The translations under genes and the position numbers were made by a program. Under the pieces are notes generated by a model, which saw nothing but the letters and a program-made list of their open reading frames with translations, was not told the DNA's origin and made no database searches. From NCBI GenBank assembly GCA_037447605.1, contig CM074807.1, positions 3,422,829 to 3,486,828 of the forward strand: a stretch of 64,000 nt of DNA, in the 5' to 3' direction. The stretch's first letter is position 1. Every line of letters begins with the position of its first letter. This document shows, piece by piece, positions 53,101-64,000 of the stretch. Source of the stretch: Zygnema circumcarinatum SAG 698-1b (taxonomy: Eukaryota > Plantae > Zygnematophyceae).

Positions 53101-56100
53101 GATTCCATCTTTGCATGAGCTGTCCTCTTTTGCCATCGCCCCCCTTTTATCCAATTGGCGACGCCTCAGTGAAGATAATCGCAAGCTGATTCTGCCTCCC
53201 TTCAGGTACCGCTCCTATTGAAGGAAAAGGAAAGAGTTGGCTAAGCTGAACTTCCGGGATTTTCCTACAGGGCTAGTCTTCTTGCTTGCCTATGCTTGTT
53301 ATGCATGATAAAGATCTTTTCCAAAAGTCTTCTCAGAGATTCGAAATTGAGCAGGCTGACTCTATGCGTTATGCTTAACGGTCACCAGTCTTTTCCTTCC
53401 TCTTTTTCTTTCCTCTCACCATAGAAGTTCGATTTGATTAAAGGCTGACCATTATTCCTTCATTTTGTGACTCTCAATGTTGGAATGCAGCCTGGAAGTG
53501 CTTCCACAGGAAGTTGTGAGCCATCGGCTTCAGATGATGGCTCAGTGGGGGCCGTCCGATGCTCTTTTGCAGCGCATCACTGCTCGCACTCTCTTACTTG
53601 CAAGGTTGGTAGATCTGTCAGCAGTTGCTCGATGGAGTCTAATTGCAGAGGCAAAGTGTTGAATACTCTGTTCTTGGGTGTTTCGGCTCTCAGTTTTTTA
53701 GCAGCTGACTGTCTTATTCCTTCAGAGAATTGTATGTGTCAACACAATTTTGCATTAGTATTAATAGCTAAATTGACCTTATCGTCCAAGGTAGTCGCGA
53801 AATAAATTGGTAGGCATAAGAGTTGAAGAAAAGTTGTTGCCAACTGAGGGTTTCTTGGAAGAAGCAGTCCACTTTCAGCTATAGTGCTCATTATGAAACT
53901 CCTTTCTAGAGATCCAACGTCTACAAGGAAATGGGATTGGGCATCCCTTCTCTCCATCATTTAGATGAATTTTCTTAAGAGCAATGCCTAGAAGAATTTA
54001 TTCCAACAGAGAATCTACTATACTGCAACGGGCTCCTCTACACGAAAAAAAATTACATAAGAATAACCAACGAATCGATGATGAAACCCCTCCCCCAACA
54101 ATCTTCTCCATTCTGATCGTCAGATTGTTGTTTGTCGGAGGGATCTGTAGTGGAGCAGACCGTCTTCTTCCTTCTGTCGAAGAAGCTTACGGACTTGCAA
54201 CATGTATCAAAGACTGTACAATTCGGATACTTCCGCTTTCTGGCCACGTTGCGCTGCTTGAGGTGAGAGAAAGAACAAAAAAAGTCCTTAAGCCTTGACG
54301 TTCAACTTTGGGGGAACGTTTGCCTGCTAAAATGTCAATGTTTTTTATATTGATCTCGACAGAATGTAAAGGGGAGAGTTTCTTAATATGTTTCAAAATC
54401 TCTGCTCATGATTTGTTGATTGGTGGATTTTGAGGTGTGTTGGTTATCCTCTACCAGGATGATGTGAGCCTGTTCCAGCTTCTAGAAGAAGCATCAATGG
54501 TTACTATTGTTTCCCCTCTGTTCGAAGAAGAGGCAGCTGCCACGTCCTCTCCAGTCAATTGCTCGCATCCTTTATCCTTACCTGCAAACGGGGCTTCTTC
54601 ATCAGTGAGTACTAGTACAGATCCGTCGTTTAGTAAGGCATCCTCTACAGAAGAAGGCCCAGCATGCTTGACTACTCCATCAGTTGCTAGCTTAGGAGTT
54701 CAAGGCTTTACAGAAGATAGTGCTCTATGCGGCGAAGAATCCGTGAAGAATAGGAGAATGGGACTACAAGGGGCTGAGGGGGCAAATGAGAGGTTTTCGG
54801 AGCTTGTAGTTGTACAGGCTGAGGTAAAAATAACAACCTCTGCAGAACATCCCAACGAGGAGGAAGCCGACTTGGAAGAAAGCTCCTCTCAGCCTCTTCT
54901 GCAGGCCTGGATAAGGGAAAGGGTAAGGCAGGAGAGCAGGGGAAAGACTAATGCGAAGCGGAATTCATTAAATGGCTTTCGAGCAGTTTTACAAAGCCAG
55001 CGAGATTGGCGGTGGGCTCAATGGATGTTTCCTTTCTCTGCTAAGAGGGATTCCCAAGGAGGGGAGGGAGAGGAACAGACATATCTCACATCAACCGCAA
55101 TGAAGAGAGGAGCAGGGAGCCAAGAACAAGAGGCAAGATCAATGCCAGCTCTATTTTCTGCTGCTTTTGCTCCGCCCTCACCATTGAAAAAAGGGAATTT
55201 GTTGGAGGAAGAGGAGGGAACTGCGATAGGAGACACGACATCTCGACAATCAAATGGGGTAGCCATTTCACTAGTTCCTGAAGAGAAGGACGTCTATGAG
55301 GGTTCGGAAGCTGTTTTTAATGAAGCTGTTCTGGCAAACGCCGAAGAGAAGAGGGTGAATTCACGCTCAGAGGAGGGCTCCCATCAACAGACAGCCCAGA
55401 GAGAAGGAGGCGATGGTAATGCCTTTATTTCTTTCAACAACAGACAATGGCTGAGCTCAAGCACTAGCAGCAGTCAGCCTCCTGTTGCTGGGGGGGAACC
55501 AGATATGCTACAGCCTGGCCCCTCTTCTACAATGAGTCTTTCTAAGGCAGTTCACAGAGATAATACAGGGGGTTCTGTACCTAAAGTTGCAAATGAGGTG
55601 GATGTTTCAAAATTAGCCCATTCTTCATCATCAGCCCTAACCAGGGTGAGAGAAGGAAATGCAGGGCAGCAAAGGGTGAGAAGGGGTAGCTTAGGGGAGG
55701 CTGGTAAACGAGCCCGAGAACAGCCCAGAAGTGAAAGAAAGTCAGTGGAAGAAGTTATAACAGCACAGAGAGGAATGCTGGTGGATCTCCCTCAGTACCG
55801 AGTGTGGAATTGGCTTACTCGTCCCGAATACTATGGTATGTGCCTAAGGATCTTTTTGTTCATTGTGTTGGGACCACTACAGTGTAGCTAACCTTTTTGA
55901 ACATTTGAACATTTTTTCGGGCATTTGAACTTGTTTCGAATGTTCAAATAGTTCACTCATATGTGCGGATTCAATCATGTTGTGAATCACGATTCAGGCG
56001 ATGGAGCCGTCAGACCTAGATATAACTGTTCAAAAGTTCAATCGGTTTCGAAATTACGAAATCCTTCAATTGAACAAGAAATGTTTGTATTGTTTTTCAA

Positions 56101-58916
56101 TATCACTCGAATTCGATTTGGTAATGAGATTCTGGCATTATTGAAATATTAAGAAATTCGAAAGAGTTAATTTATTCAAATGTTCAAAAAGGTTAGCTTT
56201 GCGGTATGCTGGAGTGTTTTCGACTGCCAAAAAAGCATACCTGTTGTTTGCATTAGTAAGCCCGTTCCTTGTGATACTGTTCATGTTGGAATCGAGATTT
56301 TGTTGTCAGTTAGGATGCAGTTATATGCATTGCATTCTAGCAGGTAGCATTACAGAACTTTACCTTTTCAGTCAAGGAGTTGGAAGTATGCAATGCCCCT
56401 TACCTTCTTAACAGTATTTTCAGGACTTCTATTAGTCAATGCATTAACAGTAGTCTATAGTGTTCAACTGTTTAGGCTGGTAGTCTAACAAAGGGCCCCT
56501 CACAAAATGTTTCTGCAGGCCTTGAGAACCTTCCCAGTGCAGGGGAGGGGCCTCTGCTTTTTGTGGGAAATCACACCCTCTTCGGCATCTACGATATGTG
56601 TGTCTCTCACACACTTGACTTTTGTTATTGCCTGATATTAAATCCTCTTTGGCTCAACTGGGTGATGCTTGGAATTGAGTTTGCCAGGAATTGACTCAGC
56701 AGTCCTCTCTCGTCTCTTTGTCTGCAGGCCCCTCATGTTGTATGAAGTGCAGAAACGGAGAGGCATCACTTTGCGTGGGCTTGCTGATCCCCTGCATTGG
56801 AGCACTGGGATTGGGGAGATTTTTGCCAAATATGGGGCTGTGAAGGTGAGCGATTATCTGCTTCTGAAGGATATGAGATGACGAGGGAGAGATTTTAGTG
56901 AAGTACTTAAGTAGATAGCTGTGTGTACAGAAAAGTGTCGAGTGAACTTGATCTGAGAAGATTTGGATATCTTGAACCTCCGAGTTGAACTCAATATCTA
57001 GGACTGTAGCGTAGAGCGAAGGACTAAGTGCATATTTTCTTTTCTCAACCTGATGCTTAGTTTTGAATCGTATGGATTTGGTCAAGCGCACCTCCGAAAA
57101 TGAAGCTTGGCAAATTGACCTTCATAATATCCTCATTCACCTATACATGCATGTCAATTTACAAATCGGGATACTTGTTCTATACATAGTTCCTTCCCTG
57201 ATGCTCTATGTGCAGGCCACCCCCCGGAATTGCTATAAGCTCCTGGGTGATGGGGAGGCTGTGCTGCTATACCCGGGAGGAGGGCGGGAGGTGGCAAAGC
57301 GGAAGGGGGAGAAGTACAAACTCCTTTGGAAGGAGAACACAGATTTTGTTCGCATGGCTTTGCGCTGCAATGCGACAATTGTGCCTTTTGCTGCCATTGG
57401 GGTAGAGGATGCGTTCGATATCCTTTTGGACCCAGAGTGAGTATGATAGCTGAGAGTTGATATGTACCACTCAGCATGACTTAGTAAGTTATGAGTAAGT
57501 GAAAGAGTATGTTACTAGTATTTTGGCTCAATCAAAGACAAGTTTTCCTCTTTGAACATTACCGGTGTATTTTGTGGGTCAATTAACTCTGCGGGGGGTT
57601 GGTGTTGGGGCAGGGAAATTATGGCTTCACCTCTTGGAGAAATTTTACGACCTGCACTTAAGGCTTCTGGTAAGAAACTCAATTCCAAAGTGCAATTAGC
57701 TGAGCAAGAAAAAGAAAAATACTGTAGGAGGATGGGCTTGGAGGAAATGTGCTGTATGTTCAGCCTCATTGCTTTCATTCTGACTCACCTACAATGGAAC
57801 CACATCCTTCAATGATGCTAGCACCACCGTCCAAGGTATCATTCACAAAAAAATGGAGCGGTCCCCTCAAAATAGACTTAATAGGCTCAATGCGCGACAT
57901 TTCCTTTACTTTGACAGCATTGACTTTTTGTTTAAAGTCTGAGGGTCTCTAAGCGCTAAGGTATTTGAAATCCAGTGTGGTGCTTTTACGACGAGACGAG
58001 AGCGTTAATTTGAATGTGAATGTCGGGTCTCAGGAATTGAAAGTATGCAACTCCCTCTCGCCACTGGAGGTGGTCTTCTCCCTCGGCCAGAGCGTCTCTA
58101 TTTCTATTTTGGTACATCCTCGGTTCCGTCTTTCTTATTTTCCCTGGTTAAGGGCTGCGAATGAGCCCTCCTCTTGTAATGAAGCTGCTGTTCTTTACAG
58201 TTAGAGCTCTGATCTCTTCTGTTACACAGAATGGTGAACCTTTTCAGTAAAGTCAGACCAGGAAGTTTATGTCACTGGTGGCTGATTTCTGTTTGTTGAA
58301 TATTCAGGTAAACCGTTGAAGGCAAATGAAGTTGGAGGGAAGGAGCTTGTGGCTGATAGAGGACGGTGTCATGAACTTTATACGGTGAGAGGTTATTACC
58401 TGCATTGAATATCAGAGAGGAGAGGTAAGGAGCGGGAGAGGTTATAGTATGGAGCTGCTGGTAGAAATAAGTTCTGACTAGCAGATGTGACCACCCTTCT
58501 AGGGGAGAGTGTTCCACAGCACCTTCACTCCTATCGATTTCACTACCATTTCGAGCGTTGAGGGTCGATAAAAATATGGATTGGCTTTACGTGATTGAGT
58601 GCAGCACCACTTAGCCATAATTATCGTTCATACTATGATCTATGATCCGTCACTCTAGGCAGGTTTCTGTTAGGCTTGTAGTTTAATGTGTATATAAAGG
58701 ATAGTCCAAGTTGGTCATTTTCCTTCTATTCAGTTTCTTCTATGTGAGGTTTTCTAAATTGCGTGTGAGGCGGGAAATATGCAGGAGGTGAGGCAGTCGG
58801 TAAATGATGGCATTCAGTTTTTGTTGGAAAAGCGGGAGAGTGATCCCTTGAGGGAACTGATACCTCGGACCATGGTAGGCTTACGTCACTCCTCAGTGAG
58901 GAAAGAGGGGAGTTAG
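50181..58916 (+). CDS. PES1/PES2: Phytyl ester synthase-like acyltransferase (esterase/lipase/thioesterase + DAGAT domains), probably plastid-targeted; last exon boundary uncertain
   Basis: Hydrolase domain: LPLLLYLPGLDAT, VVAESFGAGIG..HPDLVQYLVLVN, DRLLPSVEEA, SGHVALLE. Acyltransferase domain: GLENLPSAGEGPLLFVGNHTLFG, LRGLADP, VLLYPGGGREVAKRKGEKYKLLW..DFVRMA..TIVPFAAIGVED, LLEKRESDPLR. Confidence 0.88.
55886..56198. mobile_element. MITE-like element (313 bp) in a PES intron
   Basis: Perfect 24-bp inverted ends AGCTAACCTTTTTGAACATTTGAA / TTCAAATGTTCAAAAAGGTTAGCT; AT-rich interior with repeated TTCGAA/TTCAAA motifs. Confidence 0.78.
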
Positions 58917-58942
58917 GAATGTGGAGGGAGGGAGGGAGGGGA

Positions 58943-59107
58943 GAGAGTGTGAGTTCAAGTGGGAGTGACTGCCTATAAGATTCGTCTCTTAATCACTCTC
59001 TTCCTTCAGCCACTGTAGGCTCGGTGAGAGTGTGAGTTCAAGTGGGAGTGACTGCCTATAGGATTCGTCTCTTAATCACTCCCTTCCTTCAGTCACTGTA
59101 GGCTCGG
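58943..59107. repeat. Direct tandem duplication of an 83-bp unit just 3' of PES
   Basis: gagagtgtgagttcaagtgggagtgactgcctata...cactgtaggctcgg starts at 58943 and 59026, with about 3 mismatches. Confidence 0.9.
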
Positions 59108-59906
59108 AGTCTTGATGTTCAGGGAGATTTCGATCGTGCTGTACGGCTTTCTTATCGTGTTCGTTAATCAGCAGCACGATACCTCCTTTGTCCGTCTGCT
59201 CTTTGATGTAAAATATGACAACAAGAGAGCGAGAAAGCTAGGCGTATAAAAGGGGAGAGAGGGAGAGAGAGAGGGCGAGAGCGCGAGAGATGGAGAGAGA
59301 GAGTGCGCTGAAAGGGGAATATGAGTGAGGGAGGAGGAAAAGAGGAGGCAGAGGAGAGGAGAGGAGAGGAGACAGAGATAGGGGGGCGAGTGAGGCCGGG
59401 GAGAAGAGCGACAATGTGCGTAGAATGACTTGGGGATGGGGGGGTTGTCTGAATGCAGATCAACGTCTTTGAGGGGTGGGATGGACTGTGACTGTCTCTC
59501 TCGCCCTCTCTTTTTATTATTCAAGCTGGTGTTCAAAAAAGCTTTGTGTGGCCGTATCCTTGGTACAAATTTGAAATTAGTTACTTTAGGGTTGATAGTG
59601 ATGAAAAAAATTCCATTTTTTGTACAAACCAAGTTCCTTCCTAACAAGCATTTCAACATTCCTTTAAGACGAGAGAGGAGGTTTCACCACTGAACACTCA
59701 CGACAGTTTCAGGCTGTTGTGATTGTCGAATGTGGAATCGTTTTTACGGCAGAAATTGATACTGAATCTCCGATTGATCATGCCCCATCAAGTTCCGTCT
59801 CCCATTTCAAAAGGATTAGGGGGAAAAAGTGAGCGGTTTACATTTTGGTAATTCAAAGCTTTCTTTGTGTCAATTACATGGCCCAACAACACCGACTCGA
59901 TGTGCG

Positions 59907-60204
59907 GCATCCCATACACCATCCCATGCATCCCATGATGCATCGCATGCCTCCCATGCATGCTACACATTCTATGCATCCCATGCATCATCCCATGCAC
60001 CATCCCATGCATCATCCCATGAATTATCCCATGAATCATCCCATGCATCATCCCATGAATCATCCCATGCATCATCCCATGCATCATCCCATGAATCATC
60101 CCATGCATCATCCCATGAATCATCCCATGCATCATCCCATGAATCATCCCATGCATCATCCCATGCATCATCCCATGAATCATCCCATGCATCATCCCAT
60201 GCAT
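59907..60204. repeat. CATCCCATG(C/A)AT 12-bp minisatellite (copy 2)
   Basis: Highly regular catcccatgcat / catcccatgaat units. Confidence 0.95.
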
Positions 60205-60269
60205 GGACGAAGCCTATCGGTCGTACGCCGCGAACCGCATCGGTCCCTCCACGCTTGGCCCTCCGTCCC

Positions 60270-61340
60270 CGGCCTCTCCTCTCCTCTCCCACTCCCACTC
60301 CCACTCCCAATCCCAATCCCACTCCCACTCCCACTCCCACTCCCACTCCCACTCCCACTCCCACTCCCACTCCCACTCCCACTCCCACTCCCACTCCCAC
60401 TCCCTCTCCCTCGCCCTCTCCGTCCCCCTCTCTCTCTCCCACTCCCACTCCCACTCCCACTCCCAATCCCTCTCCCACTCCCACTCCCACTCCCACTCCC
60501 ACTCCAACTCCCTCTCCCTCGCCCTCTCCCTCCCCCTCTCCCTCTCCCTCCCCCTCTCCCTCTCCCTCGCCCTCTCCCCTCTCCCTCTCCCACTCCCTCC
60601 CACTCCCTCCCACTCCCTCCCACTCCCTCCCACTCCCTCCCACTCCCTCCCACTCCCACTCCCACTCCCACTCCCACTCCCACTCCCACTGTTCCCACTC
60701 CCTCTCTTCCCTCGCCTTTCTCCGTCCCCTCCCACTTCCATTCCACCTTTCCCTCAGCCTCTTCTCCCTTCCCTTCCTTTCTCCCACTCATTCCAACTCC
60801 CTCTCCTTCGCCCTATCCCTCGCTGCCTTCCCCTTCCCTTTCTCCTCCACCTCCATTCCGTCCCTTCCCCTTCGCTCCCCCTTCCCCCTTTCTCCACCAT
60901 TTCCATCTCCCTTCGCTCCTTCTCTCAAGCCTCTTTCTCCCCTTCCTCCTTCTCCCACTCCCATCTAACTCCCTTCTTCTTCTCCTCCCTTCTCCTTTCT
61001 CTCCCTTCCTCTACACCTCCTGCTCCTTCTCCCTCTCTCCCATCTCCATCTTCCCCTTTCAAAGTCTTCTCTCCTTCCCCTCTCCTTTCCTCCCACTCCC
61101 ACTCCAACTCACTTCTTCCTTCCCTCTTCCTCTCCTTCCCTCTTCTCCTTATTCTCAAGTTCTTCCTTCTCCTCTTTCCCTTCCTTTCCTTCTCCCTTCT
61201 CCTCTCCTCTTCCCTTCCTTCCTTCCCCTCTTTTCTCCCCTTCTCCCTCTCCTCGCCTCTCCCTTCCCCTTCCTTCCTCTCCTCTTCCCTTTCCCCACTC
61301 CCTTCACTTCTCGCCCTCACGCCTCTTTACCCCTCTCCTT
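60270..61340. repeat. (ACTCCC)n hexamer array followed by a ~650-bp polypyrimidine tract upstream of the LRR gene
   Basis: Directly visible. Confidence 0.9.
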
Positions 61341-61349
61341 TGCGGCGCC

Positions 61350-63727
61350 ATGGCGGCATCCGTCGCTGCCCTTGGTCCCGCCTCCGCCTTCCTCGTGGCG
61401 CTGCTCTGCCTCGCCGCCTCTGCGAACGCCGCACCTGTGAATGCCGCGCAGCAGAGTGAGTGGGCGCGCATGGAGGCCCGCTAGAGTGCATACACGGGTC
61501 CGGTGCTGCATACATTAGTGCATGCATGCATGGGTCTGACGGGAAATGCGCGGATGTATGCATGCATGGGGGCATTGGCAGCGGCCCTTCTGGCGGTGCG
61601 CGCGAGTCTGAAGGTGTGCGACGCGGCGGTGCTGAGCTCGTGGGTGGCCGCCGCGGACTGCAGCCAATGGGCGGGCGTCACGTGCGACGAACAAGGGAAC
61701 GTCCTCCGCCTGTCAGTGAGGGAGCGTGCAAGGGGGAGGGGGAGGGNNNNNNNNNNGGGAGAGGGGAGGATGATGACGATATCTAAAGGACCTTTGTCAG
61801 TGATTTTTGGAATTTTTTTCCTAATTATTTTCGTTTCTTTGTTTTCATTTGCTTCCTGAAACCTCCTAACTTTTATTTTTTTGGTTTTCGTTTGCAGTAT
61901 CCTTACTACCACTCGACCTCATTTTTATGATACCGGTCCGACCATTAATGCGAATTATCCAATCACCAAAAATGGAACGCTTTCTGCCAAAATTTCAGAC
62001 CTCCAAAAGTTAGAGTATCTGTGAGTTCTTATTTGGTTCCAGTCATTTTTTATTTAAAAAAAAAAAAAAAATGGAGGCTTTTTTTTTTGCTGCTTGAGTT
62101 TTCCACGTTTTCGTGACATCTGAAGCTCATAGTGATGATGTAAAATTGAAATTGAAGAAGTGAGGGATTGAGTTTAACAACTTTGAAAAATTAACAATTG
62201 TTTTTTGTTTTTGATTGACAAACATATATATATTTCTTTTTGTCGCAGACTCCTTAATTCCCTCGGCCTCGGGGGGAAAATTCCGACAGAAATTGGAAAT
62301 CTGAAAAATCTTAAGTTTCTGTAAGCGCCAACTTCTCTTTATGAAAAAAGGAAGAAACAATTGAATTCAATCATGAATTGGCGCTGCTTGTGTGAAGACT
62401 ATATAAGAAGAAGAAGAAGAAGAATTTTGTTTTATTTATTTCTTAAAATTTCACGTTTTTTTTCTGTTCGGTGGAGGGTGCAGTTTACTTGACGGAAACA
62501 GTTTTACGGAATTGCCTTCAAGTGTCGGAAAATTGACGAATTTGGAAATCTTGTACGTCCCCCATTCAATACTTTTATTGCTTTGTAAATTTTTCGCTTT
62601 CCCAATTTGAATTTGAATTTGACTGAAGGCAGCATCGTAAGAATCAAAACATTTCATTTTTTTTTCTTAGTAACAACATGGAAAAAAACCAATGGGAAAT
62701 AGTCAAGTAGTGACGTCATTCTTTTTGACTCCAGAGCCCCAACTCGTTTTTTTTTGTGACACTAAAATCAGTGTTCGATTTGCTTGTTGCAATTTAATTT
62801 AATTTTATTTATTATGTTTGCAAAATTTCTTACTACTGAAAATATTTCATCTTTGATTTGAATGCGGCGCAGATCTTGCTCCGACAACTTTCTGAAAGGC
62901 TCAATTCCCAACGAAATCGGAAGCCTCTCAAATCTTAAGATCTTGTAAGTAAATTTTCATTTTGGAGCTCCTGAATTGTCTGAATCCGATTACATCTTAT
63001 TGTTTGACGAGTGTTCTTTGATTAAAAAAAAAAAATTGCTTTAAAAAAACATTGTCTAAAATGGTATTATCAGTGTACAAAACCTTTCCGCTTACTTTTG
63101 GAATTTCAAGCATTCAATTCTATTTTATATTCTATTTTATTTTCATTTTATTCTTTTTTTGTATTTTACTGAATCCATGTACGCTTTCTGCTTGAAATTG
63201 GGACTTTTTGCAGGGACTTTTCTGAAAATAAATTGAGCGGAAAAATTCCTCCGCCCGTTGTCAATCTGCCAAGCATATTTCTTTTGTGAGTTCTCCCTTC
63301 AGAGACTTTTTTTTGACGCCCCCCCCAAAAAAAAAAATAGGTGAACCCTAGAAAATCCCTAGTACAGCTGTACGAAAAAAGTTTAAGAGGCTTTATCATT
63401 TAAAAAAATGATAAGATAAAATGGAAAAATGAAATGGTAAAATGATAAAGGCGAGTGGGGGGGGGCTATTAACTGAAACATGTAGTAACTAATTCTCAAA
63501 AAAAAAAAAATTTATAATTGTTTTTGAACTGGCGATTCATGCCCGAATCTTTTTTTTTTTTTTTTTTTTTTTTTTTTGCAGATTATTGCCCAACAACACG
63601 CTGAACGGAAGCATTCCGATCAGATCTTCGAATCTGTCACCAATTTCTGCAGTGTGAGCGAAAGAAAGAAAGAAAGGAAAAAAAGATCCTTTGAAAGGTC
63701 TTTTGGTTTTGGGCACTTCATGGTTCC

Positions 63728-63759
<32 letters not shown>

Positions 63760-64000
63760 ATTGCTATGATTCGCATCATAAGGATTATAAGCTTAATCAA
63801 ACCTAATCTTAATCTTTGATTATTTTTACATACAGTATACGGTTCTGAATTACGCCTCTTATTCTTTCTTACATGTGAGCTGAAGTCTAGATGAGGTGGG
63901 GGTAACTTTAAGGACAACATCATCTTCGTATCTTTTTTATGGTAACCGAGCGAAATGTTTTTTTTCTTTTTTTTTTCAGGTATTTGAGCTCGAATGCGTT
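61350..64000 (+). CDS. Extracellular leucine-rich-repeat protein (LRR-RLK/RLP type), runs out of the window
   Basis: Signal peptide MAASVAALGPASAFLVALLCLAASANA. LRRNT: ALLAVRASL..LSSW..DCSQWAGVTCDEQGNVLRL. ~72-bp plant LRR exons: LGGKIPTEIGNLKNLKFL, NFLKGSIPNEIGSLSNLKIL, NKLSGKIPP, NTLNGSIP. 10-N gap at 61747-61756 lies in an intron. Confidence 0.88.

Noticed and set aside
59216-59240. TGACAACAAGAGAGCGAGA resembling miR535
   Set aside because: Several mismatches and no complementary arm seen. No TAS3/miR390-type sites were recognised anywhere in the window.
59788-61459. His/Pro/Met-rich, extensin-like and (WE)n ORFs
   Set aside because: Translations of the 12-bp and 6-bp tandem repeats and a polypyrimidine tract; open in many frames.

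Overview
Eukaryotic nuclear DNA of the green-plant (streptophyte) lineage. It has GT-AG introns, TTTAGGG-type telomeric motifs and dense (GA)n/(CT)n microsatellites. Gene divergence suggests a streptophyte alga or other non-angiosperm, but the species cannot be fixed from sequence. Twelve genes were reconstructed by hand: UNC93-like transporter (5'-truncated), an intronless bacterial-type alpha/beta hydrolase with a transit-peptide-like N-terminus, SGS3, INCENP/WYRD, RDR6-like RdRP, a TPR protein, a Myb/SANT protein, CacyBP/SIP, a small SVIP-like protein, POP4/RPP29, a PES-type acyltransferase and a secreted LRR protein (3'-truncated). The main candidate system is a physically linked, co-oriented RNA-silencing pair. 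An unusually long SGS3 (~1344 aa) whose N-terminus carries 12 WG/GW putative Argonaute-hook motifs lies ~12.5 kb from an RDR6-like polymerase with the non-canonical catalytic motif DFDGD, with only INCENP between them. Also present: MITEs, several minisatellites, telomere-variant arrays and strong exon-to-exon GC mosaicism. Most long ORFs in the track over repeats are artefacts. All homology calls are from recognised motifs, not database searches.
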